64,000 nucleotides of DNA from a virus (IMGVR_UViG_2706795462_000001), one strand, 5' to 3'; positions 11,235 through 23,009 are shown, numbered from the stretch's first letter. The notes: generated by a model from the sequence alone, not told the origin. Made by a program: numbers and translations.

Positions 11235-12984
11235 ATGAGATTAAGAATTAAGAACTTATATACCTATGTAGAATTTGAGGAGGATGATAAATACTTAAAA
11301 GATATATTTTTAAAGAGAGTTCATACGACTATAGGAGCAAGGCAGGAGGGATTCCAGTATAGCCCTGCTTACAAAAGAGGTAGTTGGGATGGGTATGTAG
11401 ACTTTTATGTTTATGAAGAAGATAAATTTCCCACTGGACTTTTATTTAAGATTGAGTTATTATTAGGGGAGTTACAATCAAGATATAACTTCCAGTTTGA
11501 AACAATTGATGAGCGTGATGAAAGTTTCTTAGCTGAGGAAGATATTGATGATGAAATAACATTACTTGATAATAATATTGGTCAAATTACTTTAAGAGAT
11601 TACCAATATGAAGCAGTATATAATAGCTTAACATTTTACAATGGTATTGCTCACTTAGCCACTAACGGAGGTAAAACGGAAGTTGCTAGTGGTATTATAG
11701 ACCAACTATTACCTCAGTTAGAAAAAGGAGAAAGAGTAGCATTTTTCACAGGCTCTACAGAGATATTCCATCAATCTGCAGATAGATTAAGAGAACGTTT
11801 AAATATTCCTATAGGTAAAGTTGGTGCAGGTAAGTTTGATGTTAAGCAGGTTACAGTTGTAATGATACCTACATTGAATGCAAACCTTAAAGACCCTACA
11901 CAAGGGGTTAAGGTTACACCTAAACAAAATATTAGTAAAAAAAATTGCACAAGAGATATTACCTAAATTTGAAGGTGGTACAAACCAAAAGAAATTATTA
12001 AAAGTATTACTTGATAATACAACACCTAAAACAAAAGTAGAACAAAATGTATTAAATGTTTTAGAATTAATTTACCAAAATAGTAAAACTGATGCAGAGG
12101 TCTTGTTAAACTTAAAAAAACATAATGCACATTTCCAAAAAGTTGTTAGAGAAAAGAATGAAAAGAAATATGATAAATATCAAGATATGAGAGACTTTTT
12201 AGATTCAGTGACTGTTATGATAGTTGATGAAGCACATCACTCTAAATCAGATTCGTGGTATAATAATCTAATGACATGTGAAAAAGCTTTGTATAGGATT
12301 GCATTAACGGGTTCTATAGATAAAAAAGATGAATTACTATGGATGAGATTGCAGGCTCTATTTGGTAATGTTATTGCACGAACTACTAATAAGTTTTTAA
12401 TTGATGAAGGTCATTCTGCTAGACCAACAATAAATATTATACCTGTAGCTAATCCTAATGACATAGATAGAATTGATGATTACAGGGAAGCTTATGATAA
12501 AGGTATAACAAATAATGATTTTAGAAATAAACTTATTGCAAAACTAACAGAAAAGTGGTATAATCAAGATAAAGGGACATTGATTATTGTAAACTTCATC
12601 GAACATGGAGATACAATATCAGAAATGTTAAATGATTTAGATGTAGAGCACTACTTCTTACATGGAGAAATAGACTCTGAAACTCGTAGAGAAAAATTAA
12701 ATGATATGAGAAGTGGTAAGCTTAAAGTAATGATAGCTACATCACTTATTGATGAGGGTGTAGATATATCCGGTATTAATGCGCTAATATTAGGTGCAGG
12801 AGGTAAATCGTTAAGACAAACATTACAACGTATTGGTCGTGCGTTACGTAAGAAGAAAGACGATAATACAACACAAATATTTGATTTTAATGATATGACA
12901 AATAGATTTTTATATACTCATGCTAATGAGCGTAGGAAAATTTATGAAGAGGAAGATTTTGAAATAAAAGACTTAGGAAAATAG
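11235..12984 (+). CDS. SF2 (UvsW-like) DNA helicase, 582 aa if one A is removed from the A8 run at 11937-11944
   Basis: ATNGGKT, DEAHH, LTGS and QRIGR motifs are split over track ORFs 11235-11966 and 11878-12984; removing one base gives a 1749-nt continuous frame. Confidence 0.9.
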
Positions 12985-12995
12985 GAGGGTAAGAG

Positions 12996-14609
12996 ATGGC
13001 AACAAGAACACAACGAAAGTTATACCAATATCTAGAAGAAAATGCTACAGAAAATAAATTTCATATTTCTACTAAGAAAGAGTTAGCAGATTCTCTAGGC
13101 GTTTCCATCTCTGCTTTATCCAATAACCTTAAAAAGTTAGAAGAAGAAAATAAAGTTGTTACTGTTTCTAAAAGAGGAAAAAATGGTGGAGTAATAATAA
13201 CTTTAGTTAGGGAATATGACACAGAAGAATTGAAAGAATTTAATAATTCTACAGATAATATCATTACTTCTGATTTACAGTATGCTAAAGCATTAAGAGA
13301 AAAGCACTTTCCTTCTTATAGATACGAGAGGAAAGAACAGCGTAGACGTACTAAGTTAGAAATGGCACAGTATAATGCTATTAAAGATGAAAAGAGAAGA
13401 ATTATAGCAGATATGAACTTTCATTCAGAAGGTCTTCCTTATCCTTCTAAAGATATATTTAATATGTCTTATGACCCGGAAGGATTTTATAAAGCATACA
13501 TTCTATGTAAGTTATATGACCAATATGCTATTTCTCATATGGATGCTAAACATACAAGCCATCTTAAAGCAATGAGTAAGGCAACAACTAAAGATGAATA
13601 TGATTACCATCAACATATGTCTGAATACTATAGAAATAAAATGATTCAAAATTTACCTAGAAATAGTGTTAGTGATAATTTCTTCGGTAGTAAAATGTTT
13701 AATACTTTCTATAATTTTTATTTAAAAATAAAAGATAAAAATATTAATGTATTTAAATATATGCAAAACGTATTTAAGAATGTAACATTTTATTATGAGA
13801 ATGGTATGCAACCTAATCCAATACCTTCTCCTAACTTCTTTAGTTCAGATAAGTATTTTAAAAACTATAATAATTATATTAAAGGAATAAAAAAAGGTGT
13901 TAATAGTACAAATAGACACTTAGGGGATACAGATAGTATTATTAATTCATCAGATTATGTTAAGAACCCTGCTGTATTACATTTACATCAATTATATACT
14001 ACAGGATTAAATTCTACTTTACATGATATTGATACTATGTTTGAGCAAGCCTTAGACCTTGAGAATGCTTCTTATGGACTATTTGGAGATATGAAACATA
14101 TTATTTTACTACAATATAATTCTATGATTGAAGAAGAAATTAAGAACTTACCTACAGAAGAGAAAAGTATTATTAATAAATATGTAAAACAATGCATAAT
14201 TAATGATTACTCCCCAACAAGCATATCACCATCTGCAAGATTATCAATGTTTACTATGCAGAAAGAGCATATAGTTTATAATAAACAGTTAAACAGAGGA
14301 ATCAAGAGAGAAGATTTATTACCATTAAGTCTAGGAGGTATAGTGAATAAAGATTCACTAAGTGGTATGGATATACAAAACTTAGAGCAGAATGGTAATG
14401 AGTACCTATATATGAGACAACATACTTCAACTTATTATATACTAAGAATGTTTGGTGATTATCTAGGATATGAAGTAAACTTAAGAGAAGTAAAATATAT
14501 TGTAGAGAAATATAATTTAATTGATAAAATACCATTGACAAAAGAGGGTATGTTGGATTATAATAAACTTATACATTTAGTAGAGGAAGAGGTTAATAAC
14601 TATGAGTAA
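12996..14609 (+). CDS. Rep-like replication protein with N-terminal winged HTH (537 aa)
   Basis: KELADSLGVSISALSNNLKKLEEE wHTH; located between two helicases. Confidence 0.65.
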   Translation: MATRTQRKLYQYLEENATENKFHISTKKELADSLGVSISALSNNLKKLEEENKVVTVSKRGKNGGVIITLVREYDTEELKEFNNSTDNIITSDLQYAKALREKHFPSYRYERKEQRRRTKLEMAQYNAIKDEKRRIIADMNFHSEGLPYPSKDIFNMSYDPEGFYKAYILCKLYDQYAISHMDAKHTSHLKAMSKATTKDEYDYHQHMSEYYRNKMIQNLPRNSVSDNFFGSKMFNTFYNFYLKIKDKNINVFKYMQNVFKNVTFYYENGMQPNPIPSPNFFSSDKYFKNYNNYIKGIKKGVNSTNRHLGDTDSIINSSDYVKNPAVLHLHQLYTTGLNSTLHDIDTMFEQALDLENASYGLFGDMKHIILLQYNSMIEEEIKNLPTEEKSIINKYVKQCIINDYSPTSISPSARLSMFTMQKEHIVYNKQLNRGIKREDLLPLSLGGIVNKDSLSGMDIQNLEQNGNEYLYMRQHTSTYYILRMFGDYLGYEVNLREVKYIVEKYNLIDKIPLTKEGMLDYNKLIHLVEEEVNNYE

Positions 14610-16044
14610 GAAGATAAAGGAGCTTATCCTTCATAAATCAATGAAGGATATACATTTTGCAAGAGAAGTACTAGATAACTTACCTAAGAACCTATTTTCA
14701 GCAGAATCTGAAGATATGGGTTACTTATTTACAGCTATAAAAAGAACAGCACATATTTCCGATAAGATGTCTAATGAAGCATTAGCAATTAAAGTAGAAC
14801 AGCTTATGGGAAATAATAAGGAAGATGAAGAAAAAGTAACCAAGACATTGACTTACTTAGAAGATTTATATAAAGTAGATGTTAATGAAAAAGATGAATC
14901 TGTTAATTATGAAATAGAGAAATATATTAAAACAGAAATGTCTAAGGAAGTATTAGTTAAGTTTATTGCAGAAAATAAACAAGAAGACTCAGACAATTTA
15001 CATGAACTTGTAGATAAATTAAAACAAATAGAAGTAAGTGATATTTCAGGAGGTAACGGAGAATTTATTGATTTCTTCGAAGACACTGAAAAGAAACAAG
15101 AATTATTAAGTAATTTAGCTACAAATAAATTCTCTACAGGATTTAACTCTATTGATAATCATATTGAAGGTGGTATAGCAAGAGGAGAGGTTGGATTAAT
15201 TATAGCTCCAACTGGTAGAGGTAAATCATTAATGGCTTCTAACTTAGCTAAAAATTATGTGAAGAGTGGATTAAGTGTTTTATATATTGCATTAGAGGAA
15301 AAAATGGATAGAATGGTATTACGTGCAGAGCAACAAATGGCAGGAGCAGAAAAAAGCCAAATTGTAAACCAAGACATGTCTTTAAACAGTAAAGTTTATG
15401 ATGCAATACAAAACCATTATCAGAAGAATAGAAAGTTACTAGGTGACTTTTATATTTCTAAACATATGCCAGGAGAAGTTACACCAAACCAACTAGAGCA
15501 AATTATTGTTAATACAACAATCAAGAAAGATAAGCATATTGATGTTGTTATTATTGACTACCCTCACTTGATGAGAAATCCATATGCTAAATATCACTCA
15601 GAATCAGATGCAGGAGGAAAACTGTTTGAAGATATTCGTAGATTATCACAGCAATATGGGTTTGTATGTTGGACTTTAGCTCAGACCAACCGTGGAGCTT
15701 ATGGTTCAGATGTTATTACAAGTGAGCATGTAGAAGGTTCTCGTAAGATTGTCAATGCTGTTGAGGTTTCTCTAGCAGTAAACCAAAAAGATGAAGAATT
15801 CAAGAGTGGTTTCCTAAGATTATACTTGGATAAAATTCGTAACAGTTCTAATACAGGGGAACGATTTGTTAATCTTAAGGTAGAACCAACTAAGATGATT
15901 GTAAGAGATGAAACACCGGAAGAAAAACAAGAACATATACAGCTATTATCTGATAATGGAAAAGAAGATACAAGTAAATTCCAAAATAAAGATAATAAAA
16001 TAGAAGCTATAAATAACACATTCGGAGGATTACCGGGAGTTTAA
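14602..16044 (+). CDS. DnaB-like replicative helicase (480 aa)
   Basis: Walker A APTGRGKS, VIIDYPHLM, LAQTNR. Confidence 0.9.
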   Translation: MSKKIKELILHKSMKDIHFAREVLDNLPKNLFSAESEDMGYLFTAIKRTAHISDKMSNEALAIKVEQLMGNNKEDEEKVTKTLTYLEDLYKVDVNEKDESVNYEIEKYIKTEMSKEVLVKFIAENKQEDSDNLHELVDKLKQIEVSDISGGNGEFIDFFEDTEKKQELLSNLATNKFSTGFNSIDNHIEGGIARGEVGLIIAPTGRGKSLMASNLAKNYVKSGLSVLYIALEEKMDRMVLRAEQQMAGAEKSQIVNQDMSLNSKVYDAIQNHYQKNRKLLGDFYISKHMPGEVTPNQLEQIIVNTTIKKDKHIDVVIIDYPHLMRNPYAKYHSESDAGGKLFEDIRRLSQQYGFVCWTLAQTNRGAYGSDVITSEHVEGSRKIVNAVEVSLAVNQKDEEFKSGFLRLYLDKIRNSSNTGERFVNLKVEPTKMIVRDETPEEKQEHIQLLSDNGKEDTSKFQNKDNKIEAINNTFGGLPGV

Positions 16045-16062
16045 ATTTTTACTATATACCAC

Positions 16063-16091
16063 TTGACATTTTATATGTTAGGTGGTATAAT
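16063..16091 (+). promoter_or_regulatory. Consensus sigmaA promoter
   Basis: TTGACA-N17-TATAAT with extended TG. Confidence 0.9.
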
Positions 16092-16122
16092 TATTTTATA
16101 AAGAATAAAAGGAGAGATTAAT

Positions 16123-16542
16123 ATGAAAATTAAACAAATATTACCTAGTAATAATCCAAACAAATATCACCTTTTGATTGAGAGCAAGCTAATACCTAGT
16201 TACTACTCAACAAGAGATGATGTTTATAATGATTACTATGATTTAAATCTATATGGTATGTTTGATGATAATGAAAATTTATTATGTTCATGTTCAATAG
16301 AAAAGTATAATGAATTAGTATTTATGAAAAGGTTTGTTATGGTTGGGGAACATGGTAATGGATATTTTAAACAGATGGTTTCTCTTATAATAAAAGAAGA
16401 ACCTCATATATGTTTAACTATAAATAAAGATAATATTAAAGTAGCTGATATCTTAAATGAACTAGGATTTATTAATGCAGGAGAAGTAATTGATAGAACA
16501 GGAAAGTATACTTATGAATTATACCAAGGAGGAAGAGCTTAA
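16123..16542 (+). CDS. GNAT-like acetyltransferase (139 aa), putative
   Basis: FMKRFVMVGEHGNGYF and LTINKDN..VADILNELGF resemble GNAT motifs A and B. Confidence 0.5.
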   Translation: MKIKQILPSNNPNKYHLLIESKLIPSYYSTRDDVYNDYYDLNLYGMFDDNENLLCSCSIEKYNELVFMKRFVMVGEHGNGYFKQMVSLIIKEEPHICLTINKDNIKVADILNELGFINAGEVIDRTGKYTYELYQGGRA

Positions 16543-17567
16543 TGAAGTTTGTATTTTTTACAGATAGTCATTTTCATTTATTTACAAACTATGCAAAACC
16601 TGATGATGAATTTGTAAATGATAGATTTAAAGAGCAAATAGAAGCATTACAGAAAGTTTTTGATATTGCTAGGAAAGAAAAGGCTAATGTTATTTTCGGA
16701 GGAGATTTATTCCACAAACGTAATTCAGTAGATACTAGAGTATATAACAAAGTATTTAGTACATTTGCTAAAAATAAAGATGTCCCTGTATTATTACTTC
16801 GAGGTAATCATGATGCTACAACTAATTCATTATATACCGATTCAAGTATAGATACATTTGAGTATTTATCTAATGTAAGTGTAATAAAGTCATTAAATAC
16901 AATTTTAAAAGATAATGTTAATATTGTATTTACAGCTTATGGAGATGAAACAGAAGAAATAAAAACCTACATTAACAGTAACTATGATAAAGATATGGTT
17001 AATATACTAGTAGGTCATCTAGGTGTAGAAGGGTCATTAACTGGTAAAGGTTCCCATAGATTAGAAGGAGCCTTTGGATATCAGGACTTATTACCTGATA
17101 AATATGATTTTATTTTACTAGGTCATTATCATCGTAGACAATATTTCCAAAACCCAAACCATTTTTATGGGGGTTCATTAATGCAACAATCATTTTCTGA
17201 TGAACAAGAAGCTAACGGTGTTCACCTAATAGATACAGAAAAGATGACCACAGAATTTATTCCAATTCATACACGTAGATTTATTACTATCCAGGGAGAA
17301 GATATACCTGAAAACTTTGAACAATTAATAGAGGAAGATAATTTTATTAGAGTTATTGGTACCTCAAACCATGCTAAAGTTTTAGAGATGGATGATAGTA
17401 TGAAGGATAAAAACGTTGAAGTTCAAATTAAAAAAGAATATACTGTAGAGAAACGTATAGATAGTGATGTATCTGATGACCCTCTAACAATTGCTAGCAC
17501 TTATGCTAAGCAATACTCACCTGAATCAGAACAAGAAATACTTGAATGTTTGAAGGAGGTTTTATAG
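16542..17567 (+). CDS. SbcD/Mre11-like recombination nuclease (341 aa)
   Basis: DSHFH, GDLFH, GNHD and GHYH metallophosphoesterase motifs. Confidence 0.9.
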   Translation: MKFVFFTDSHFHLFTNYAKPDDEFVNDRFKEQIEALQKVFDIARKEKANVIFGGDLFHKRNSVDTRVYNKVFSTFAKNKDVPVLLLRGNHDATTNSLYTDSSIDTFEYLSNVSVIKSLNTILKDNVNIVFTAYGDETEEIKTYINSNYDKDMVNILVGHLGVEGSLTGKGSHRLEGAFGYQDLLPDKYDFILLGHYHRRQYFQNPNHFYGGSLMQQSFSDEQEANGVHLIDTEKMTTEFIPIHTRRFITIQGEDIPENFEQLIEEDNFIRVIGTSNHAKVLEMDDSMKDKNVEVQIKKEYTVEKRIDSDVSDDPLTIASTYAKQYSPESEQEILECLKEVL

Positions 17568-17944
17568 TGAGAAAATATAAAGAATATCTAAACAAGTCAG
17601 ATGAAGAAAATTTAGCAGAAGATTGGGAACGGATAAAAGAAGATTTATGGAAAGTGTTTAAAGATATGAAACCTAAAATTAATACATTAGACATCAGTAA
17701 TGTAGTAAGTAAAGACTTAGATAAAAGTAAGCCTATTTTACAATTTCAAGATTCAGACAGAGTAATAGAGAACATTTGTAATGTTGAAGGTTTAGAAGAT
17801 GGTTTATCTAAAATGAAAAAGATTTTTGACGATAGTAATTTTGAAAAACATTACTATAATAGAATTGTAGAACATGATGAATATTATTGGATTGATTATG
17901 GTTCTCATCATTGTTTCTTTAGGGTTACGAAAGGAGATAAGTAA
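17567..17944 (+). CDS. Hypothetical protein (125 aa, GTG start)
   Basis: RBS AAGGAGG; GTG overlaps the upstream TAG. Confidence 0.75.
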   Translation: MRKYKEYLNKSDEENLAEDWERIKEDLWKVFKDMKPKINTLDISNVVSKDLDKSKPILQFQDSDRVIENICNVEGLEDGLSKMKKIFDDSNFEKHYYNRIVEHDEYYWIDYGSHHCFFRVTKGDK

Positions 17945-19863
17945 TGGTCGTATTTAAACAAGTAGAAGTTAATAATTTTTTAGCAATTAAAGAGGCTACA
18001 CTAGAGTTAGATAATAGAGGTTTAATACTTATTGAAGGTGAAAATAAATCCAATGAGTCATTCCATTCAAATGGTTCCGGTAAGTCAACTTTAATATCTG
18101 CCATTACTTATGCTTTATATGGTAAAACTGAAAAAGGATTAAAAGCAGATGATGTAGTAAATAATATTGAGAAGAAAAATACATCTGTTAAACTTAAGTT
18201 TGATATTGGAGAAGATAGCTATTTAATTGAACGTTATCGTAAAGATAAAGAGAATAAGAACAAAGTAAAATTATTTGTTAATGATAAAGAAATTACAGGC
18301 TCAACAAATGATGTTACTGATAAACAGATACAGGATTTATTTGGTATTGAGTTTAATACGTATGTTAATGCTATCATGTATGGTCAAGGAGATATTCCTA
18401 TGTTCTCTCAAGCAACAGATAAAGGGAAAAAAGAAATTCTTGAATCTATTACCAAGACAGACGTATATAAACAAGCACAAGATGTAGCAAAAGAGAAAGT
18501 TAAAGAAGTAGAAGAACAACAGAATAATCTAAGACACGAAATAGATAAACTAGGGTATCAGTTATCTACAAAAGATGAATACTTTCAAAAGGAAATTGAA
18601 CAGTATAATCAATATAAAGAACAATTGGCTCAAATAGAAAATAGTAATAAGGAAAAAGATAAATTAAGGGAGCAAGAGGAGAAGCAAATAGAAGCTCAAA
18701 TAGAGCAATTAACTTCACAGATACCAACAATACCTGAAGATGAATTTAAGCACTCAGAGGAGTATAATAAAGCTTCTCAAAGCCTAGATTTACTTTCTAA
18801 TAAATTAACTGAACTAAATCAAGTATATGCAGAGTATAATACTAAAGAGCAGGTACTAAAATCTGAAATAGCTACATTAAGTAATAGCTTAAATCAATTA
18901 GATACAAATGACCATTGTCCGGTTTGTGGTTCTCCTATAGATAATTCTCATAAATTAAAAGAGCAGGAAAATATTAATAATCAGATTGAGAATAAGAAAC
19001 AAGAGATTACTAGTGTACTAGAAATTAAAGATACGTATAAAGAAGCTATTGATAAAGTAAATAATAAATCACAAGAAATTAAAGACAAAATGTCTCAAGA
19101 AGACCAACAAGAACGAGAGCACAACACTAGGATTAATAATATCATTCAAGAGGCTTCCAAGATTAAATCAGATATTAGTTCATTAGAGAATAATAAAACT
19201 TATTTAAAAGTGAAATATCAACATCAATCTGTTCAAGGATTAGAAAGAGAAGAACCAAGTAAAAAGAAACATGAAGAAGATAAAAAAGAATTACAAGAAT
19301 CTATTGACAAACATGAAGAGAATGTAGTACAATTAGAAACTAAGAAAGGTAAGTATCAACAAGCTGTAGACGCTTTTAGTAATAAAGGTATACGTTCAGT
19401 AGTGTTAGACTTTATTACACCCTTCTTAAATGAGAAAGCCAATGAATATCTTCAAACTTTATCAGGTTCAGATATTGAAATAGAGTTTCAAACTCAAGTG
19501 AAGAATGCTAAAGGAGAACTAAAAGATAAGTTTGATGTTATTGTTAAAAATAGTAAAGGTGGAGGCTCATATAAATCAAACTCAGCAGGAGAACAAAAAC
19601 GTATTGACTTAGCAATTAGTTTTGCAATCCAGGATTTAATTATGAGTAAGGATGAGATATCTACAAATATTGCACTTTATGATGAATGTTTTGATGGGTT
19701 AGACACTATAGGGTGTGAAAATGTAATTAAGTTATTAAAGGATAGACTTAATACAGTAGGAACTATATTTGTAATTACCCATAATACAGAACTTAAACCA
19801 CTGTTTGAGCAAACAATTAAAATAGTAAAAGAAAATGGAGTATCAAAACTGGAGGAAAAATAA
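17944..19863 (+). CDS. SbcC/Rad50-like SMC ATPase (639 aa)
   Basis: Walker A NGSGKS, zinc hook CPVC, coiled coils, signature SAGEQ, Walker B LYDE. Confidence 0.92.
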   Translation: MVVFKQVEVNNFLAIKEATLELDNRGLILIEGENKSNESFHSNGSGKSTLISAITYALYGKTEKGLKADDVVNNIEKKNTSVKLKFDIGEDSYLIERYRKDKENKNKVKLFVNDKEITGSTNDVTDKQIQDLFGIEFNTYVNAIMYGQGDIPMFSQATDKGKKEILESITKTDVYKQAQDVAKEKVKEVEEQQNNLRHEIDKLGYQLSTKDEYFQKEIEQYNQYKEQLAQIENSNKEKDKLREQEEKQIEAQIEQLTSQIPTIPEDEFKHSEEYNKASQSLDLLSNKLTELNQVYAEYNTKEQVLKSEIATLSNSLNQLDTNDHCPVCGSPIDNSHKLKEQENINNQIENKKQEITSVLEIKDTYKEAIDKVNNKSQEIKDKMSQEDQQEREHNTRINNIIQEASKIKSDISSLENNKTYLKVKYQHQSVQGLEREEPSKKKHEEDKKELQESIDKHEENVVQLETKKGKYQQAVDAFSNKGIRSVVLDFITPFLNEKANEYLQTLSGSDIEIEFQTQVKNAKGELKDKFDVIVKNSKGGGSYKSNSAGEQKRIDLAISFAIQDLIMSKDEISTNIALYDECFDGLDTIGCENVIKLLKDRLNTVGTIFVITHNTELKPLFEQTIKIVKENGVSKLEEK

Positions 19864-20459
19864 TGAAATTAAAGATTTTAGATAGAGATAATGCAACACT
19901 TAATGTGTTTCATCGTAATAAGGAGCACAAAACGATAGATAATGTACCTACTGCTAACTTAGTTGATTGGTATCCTTTAAGTAATGCTTATGAATATAAG
20001 TTAAGTAGAAATGGAGAGTATTTAGAATTAAAAAGGCTACGTTCTACCTTACCTTCTTCTTATGGCTTAGAGGATAATAACCAAGATATTATTAGAGATA
20101 ATAACCATAGATGTAAAATAGGATATTGGTATAATCCTGCAGTACGTAAAGATAATTTAAAGATTATTGAGAAAGCTAAACAATATGGTTTACCGGTTAT
20201 AACAGAAGAATATGATGCTAATATTGTAGAACAAGGGTTTAGAGACATTGGAGTTATATTCCAAAGTCTTAAAACTATTGTTGTTACTAGATACCTAGAA
20301 GGTAAAACAGAAGAAGAATTGAGAATTTTTAACATGAAATCGGAAGAGTCACAATTAAATGAAGCACTTAAAGAGAGTGATTTTTCGGTAGATTTAACTT
20401 ATAGTGACCTAGGGCAGATTTATAATATGTTACTATTGATGAAAAAAATTAGTAAATAG
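19863..20459 (+). CDS. Anti-sigma factor, phage G1 gp67/ORF67-like (198 aa)
   Basis: Sequence recognised as G1 gp67-like (MKLKILD.DNATLNVFHRNKEHKTIDNVPTANL); synteny. Confidence 0.85.
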   Translation: MKLKILDRDNATLNVFHRNKEHKTIDNVPTANLVDWYPLSNAYEYKLSRNGEYLELKRLRSTLPSSYGLEDNNQDIIRDNNHRCKIGYWYNPAVRKDNLKIIEKAKQYGLPVITEEYDANIVEQGFRDIGVIFQSLKTIVVTRYLEGKTEEELRIFNMKSEESQLNEALKESDFSVDLTYSDLGQIYNMLLLMKKISK

Positions 20460-20473
20460 TAAGGAAGGATATT

Positions 20474-21542
20474 ATGAGGTTTGAAGACTTTTTAACCCAA
20501 GAATTAGGAGAACCAAAAGAAAATACTATAGGTGAACTAAGATACTGTTGTCCGTTTTGCGGAGAAAAAAGTTATAAGTTCTATGTTAAGCAAGCTTTAG
20601 ACTCTAGTAATGGTCAGTATCACTGTAAAAAATGTGATGAATCAGGTAATCCTATTACATTTATGAAGACTTATTATAACATTACAGGTAAACAAGCTTT
20701 TGATTTATTAGAGTCTAAGAATATAGATATAGAGAGAGCCCCTTTACTTACAACTAATAATAAGGATTTAACAGAATCAGAGAAACTTATATTAATGCTT
20801 AGAGGCGTACACCAAGATAAAGGAAACACTAATCTTAAACCTCCTAGATTACCTGAGGGATATAAGTTATTAAAAGATAACTTAAATAATAAAGAGATTA
20901 TACCTTTTTTAAAATACTTAAAAGGCAGAGGTATAACTTTAGAACAAATAATTAATAATAATATAGGTTATGTTATTAATGGGTGCTTCTATAAAGTTGA
21001 TGGAGAATCAAAAGTCTCATTAAGGAATAGCATTATATTTTTTACGTATGATAATGATGGAAACTACCAGTACTGGAATACACGAAGTATAGAGAAGAAC
21101 CCTTATATTAAATCTATCAATGCCCCTGCTAAACAAGATGAAGTAGGAAGAAAAGATGTCATATTTAATTTAAATATAGCAAGAAAGAAAAAAATTCTTA
21201 GTTATAACCGAGGGTGTCTTTGATGCTTTAACCTTTCATGAATATGGAGTAGCAACACTAGGTAAACAAGTAACAGAAAATCAAATAAAAAAAATAATTG
21301 ATTATGTTAGCATAGATACATCAATATATATTATGTTAGATACTGATGCGTTAGATAATAATATAGATTTAGCTTATAAGCTAAAAACGCACTTTAACAA
21401 AGTTTATTTTGTACCGCATGGTGATGAAGATGCAAATGATATGGGAACAAGGAAAGCTTTTGAGCTATTAAAACAGAACCGAGTACTAGTAACACCTGAA
21501 AGTATACAGAGTTACAAAATACAACAAAAACTTAAACTTTAG
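20474..21542 (+). CDS. DNA primase, 355 aa if one A is removed from the A7 run at 21188-21194
   Basis: Zn finger CCPFC...CKKC; TOPRIM EGVFD and DTDA motifs lie in the shifted frame after 21195. Confidence 0.9.
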
Positions 21543-21544
21543 GC

Positions 21545-21573
21545 TTGACCTTAGAGAAGTTTTATGTTATACT
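21545..21573 (+). promoter_or_regulatory. sigmaA-type promoter
   Basis: TTGACC-N17-TATACT with TG. Confidence 0.75.
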
Positions 21574-21606
21574 AATAATTAAGTAATTAATAAAGGAGAA
21601 AAAATA

Positions 21607-21945
21607 ATGTCAAATAATAAAAAAGATATTTTAGAATTTGTAGATGAATACATTACAGCTTTAAGAGTTGGTAATGAGCAACGACAACATCAATTAGAAG
21701 AAATGGGTAAAGAAGAAACAGCAACATTAACAGATGTAGCTAAAGCTATTACTAACCTTATGTTAGGTGTTAATGAGCAAATGACAGACTTGGAATACAA
21801 CAATGAGTTAAATTTAAATATTTTAATTGACGCTTTATATAAAGCAGAACTTATTAATGAAGATGTACTAGATTACATCCAAGAATCAATTGATAAATCA
21901 CAAGAAGAACCTAAAAATGAAGAAGAAAAAGGAGAACAAGAATAA
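21607..21945 (+). CDS. Hypothetical acidic helical protein (112 aa)
   Basis: ORF with RBS AAAGGAG. Confidence 0.8.
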   Translation: MSNNKKDILEFVDEYITALRVGNEQRQHQLEEMGKEETATLTDVAKAITNLMLGVNEQMTDLEYNNELNLNILIDALYKAELINEDVLDYIQESIDKSQEEPKNEEEKGEQE

Positions 21946-22397
21946 TGGAAAAAAATATTAGCACACACACAAAAGGTATTAGTCAAGCAGACATGGAGAA
22001 ATGGATTGAAGCTGTAGTCCAAGGAACTGTTGATGGTAAACAAGTTGATGAAAAAACAGCTAAACAACTAGATAGAATTGGTTCACGCAGTGTTTCTTTA
22101 GAAGAAGCAACTCGTATTGCTAAAGTCATTAATGCTGTTACAGTTCAAGAGATGTCAGGAGATTTTAATGACGCATTTAACGCAATTGACTTAATGATGA
22201 TTGTTATGGAAGATGAGTTAGGAGTAACTCAAGAACAAGTTGGAAAAGCTAAAGATAAGTTAAATGAGAAACGAGAAGCTTATTTAAAAGAGAAGCAAGA
22301 AGAATTACGTCAAAAACAACAAGAAGAGACACAAAAAGAAACTGAATCTGACAGCAATGAAAAAGTAATTCAGTTGAAGAAAAATGACGAACAGTAA
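21945..22397 (+). CDS. Hypothetical protein (150 aa)
   Basis: TAATG stop/start overlap. Confidence 0.8.
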   Translation: MEKNISTHTKGISQADMEKWIEAVVQGTVDGKQVDEKTAKQLDRIGSRSVSLEEATRIAKVINAVTVQEMSGDFNDAFNAIDLMMIVMEDELGVTQEQVGKAKDKLNEKREAYLKEKQEELRQKQQEETQKETESDSNEKVIQLKKNDEQ

Positions 22398-22992
22398 GAA
22401 AAAAGGAGATACATTCGAACGTAAAATAGCTAAAGAATTAACTGCTTGGTGGGGATACCAATTTAATAGGTCTCCTCAATCAGGTGGTGCCTCTTGGGGT
22501 AAAGATAATAATGCTGTCGGAGACATAGTAGTACCTCAGGAAGCTAATTTTCCTTTAGTAGTAGAATGTAAACATAGAGAAGAATGGACTATAGATAACG
22601 TTCTTTTAAACAATAGAGAACCACATACATGGTGGGAACAAGTAATTAATGATAGTAGCAAGGTGAATAAGACACCTTGCTTAATATTTACTAGAAACAG
22701 AGCTCAGAGTTACGTTGCTTTACCTTATGATGAGAAAGTATATGAGGACTTAAGAAATAATGAATATCCTGTTATGAGAACAGATTTTATTATTGATAAT
22801 ATTAGAAAAGATAAATTTTTTTATGATGTCCTTATAACTACCATGAATGGGTTGACCTCATTTACACCTTCTTATATTATATCTTGCTACGACAAAAAAG
22901 ATATAAAACCATACAAGAAGGTTGAGTCTAATTTATCTGAGGTAAGTAAGCATGAAGATGAATTGATTAATGACCTTCTTAATGATATATAA
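22384..22992 (+). CDS. Holliday junction resolvase (202 aa)
   Basis: SKKKG..FER.IAK, GDI and VECKH PD-(D/E)xK motifs. Confidence 0.85.
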   Translation: MTNSKKKGDTFERKIAKELTAWWGYQFNRSPQSGGASWGKDNNAVGDIVVPQEANFPLVVECKHREEWTIDNVLLNNREPHTWWEQVINDSSKVNKTPCLIFTRNRAQSYVALPYDEKVYEDLRNNEYPVMRTDFIIDNIRKDKFFYDVLITTMNGLTSFTPSYIISCYDKKDIKPYKKVESNLSEVSKHEDELINDLLNDI

Positions 22993-23009
22993 GGAAGGGT
23001 AAGATAGGT

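Noticed and set aside
6484-18487. Alternative-frame + strand ORFs 6484-6693 and 18275-18487
   Set aside because: Nested in long conserved genes, with no RBS or recognisable motifs.
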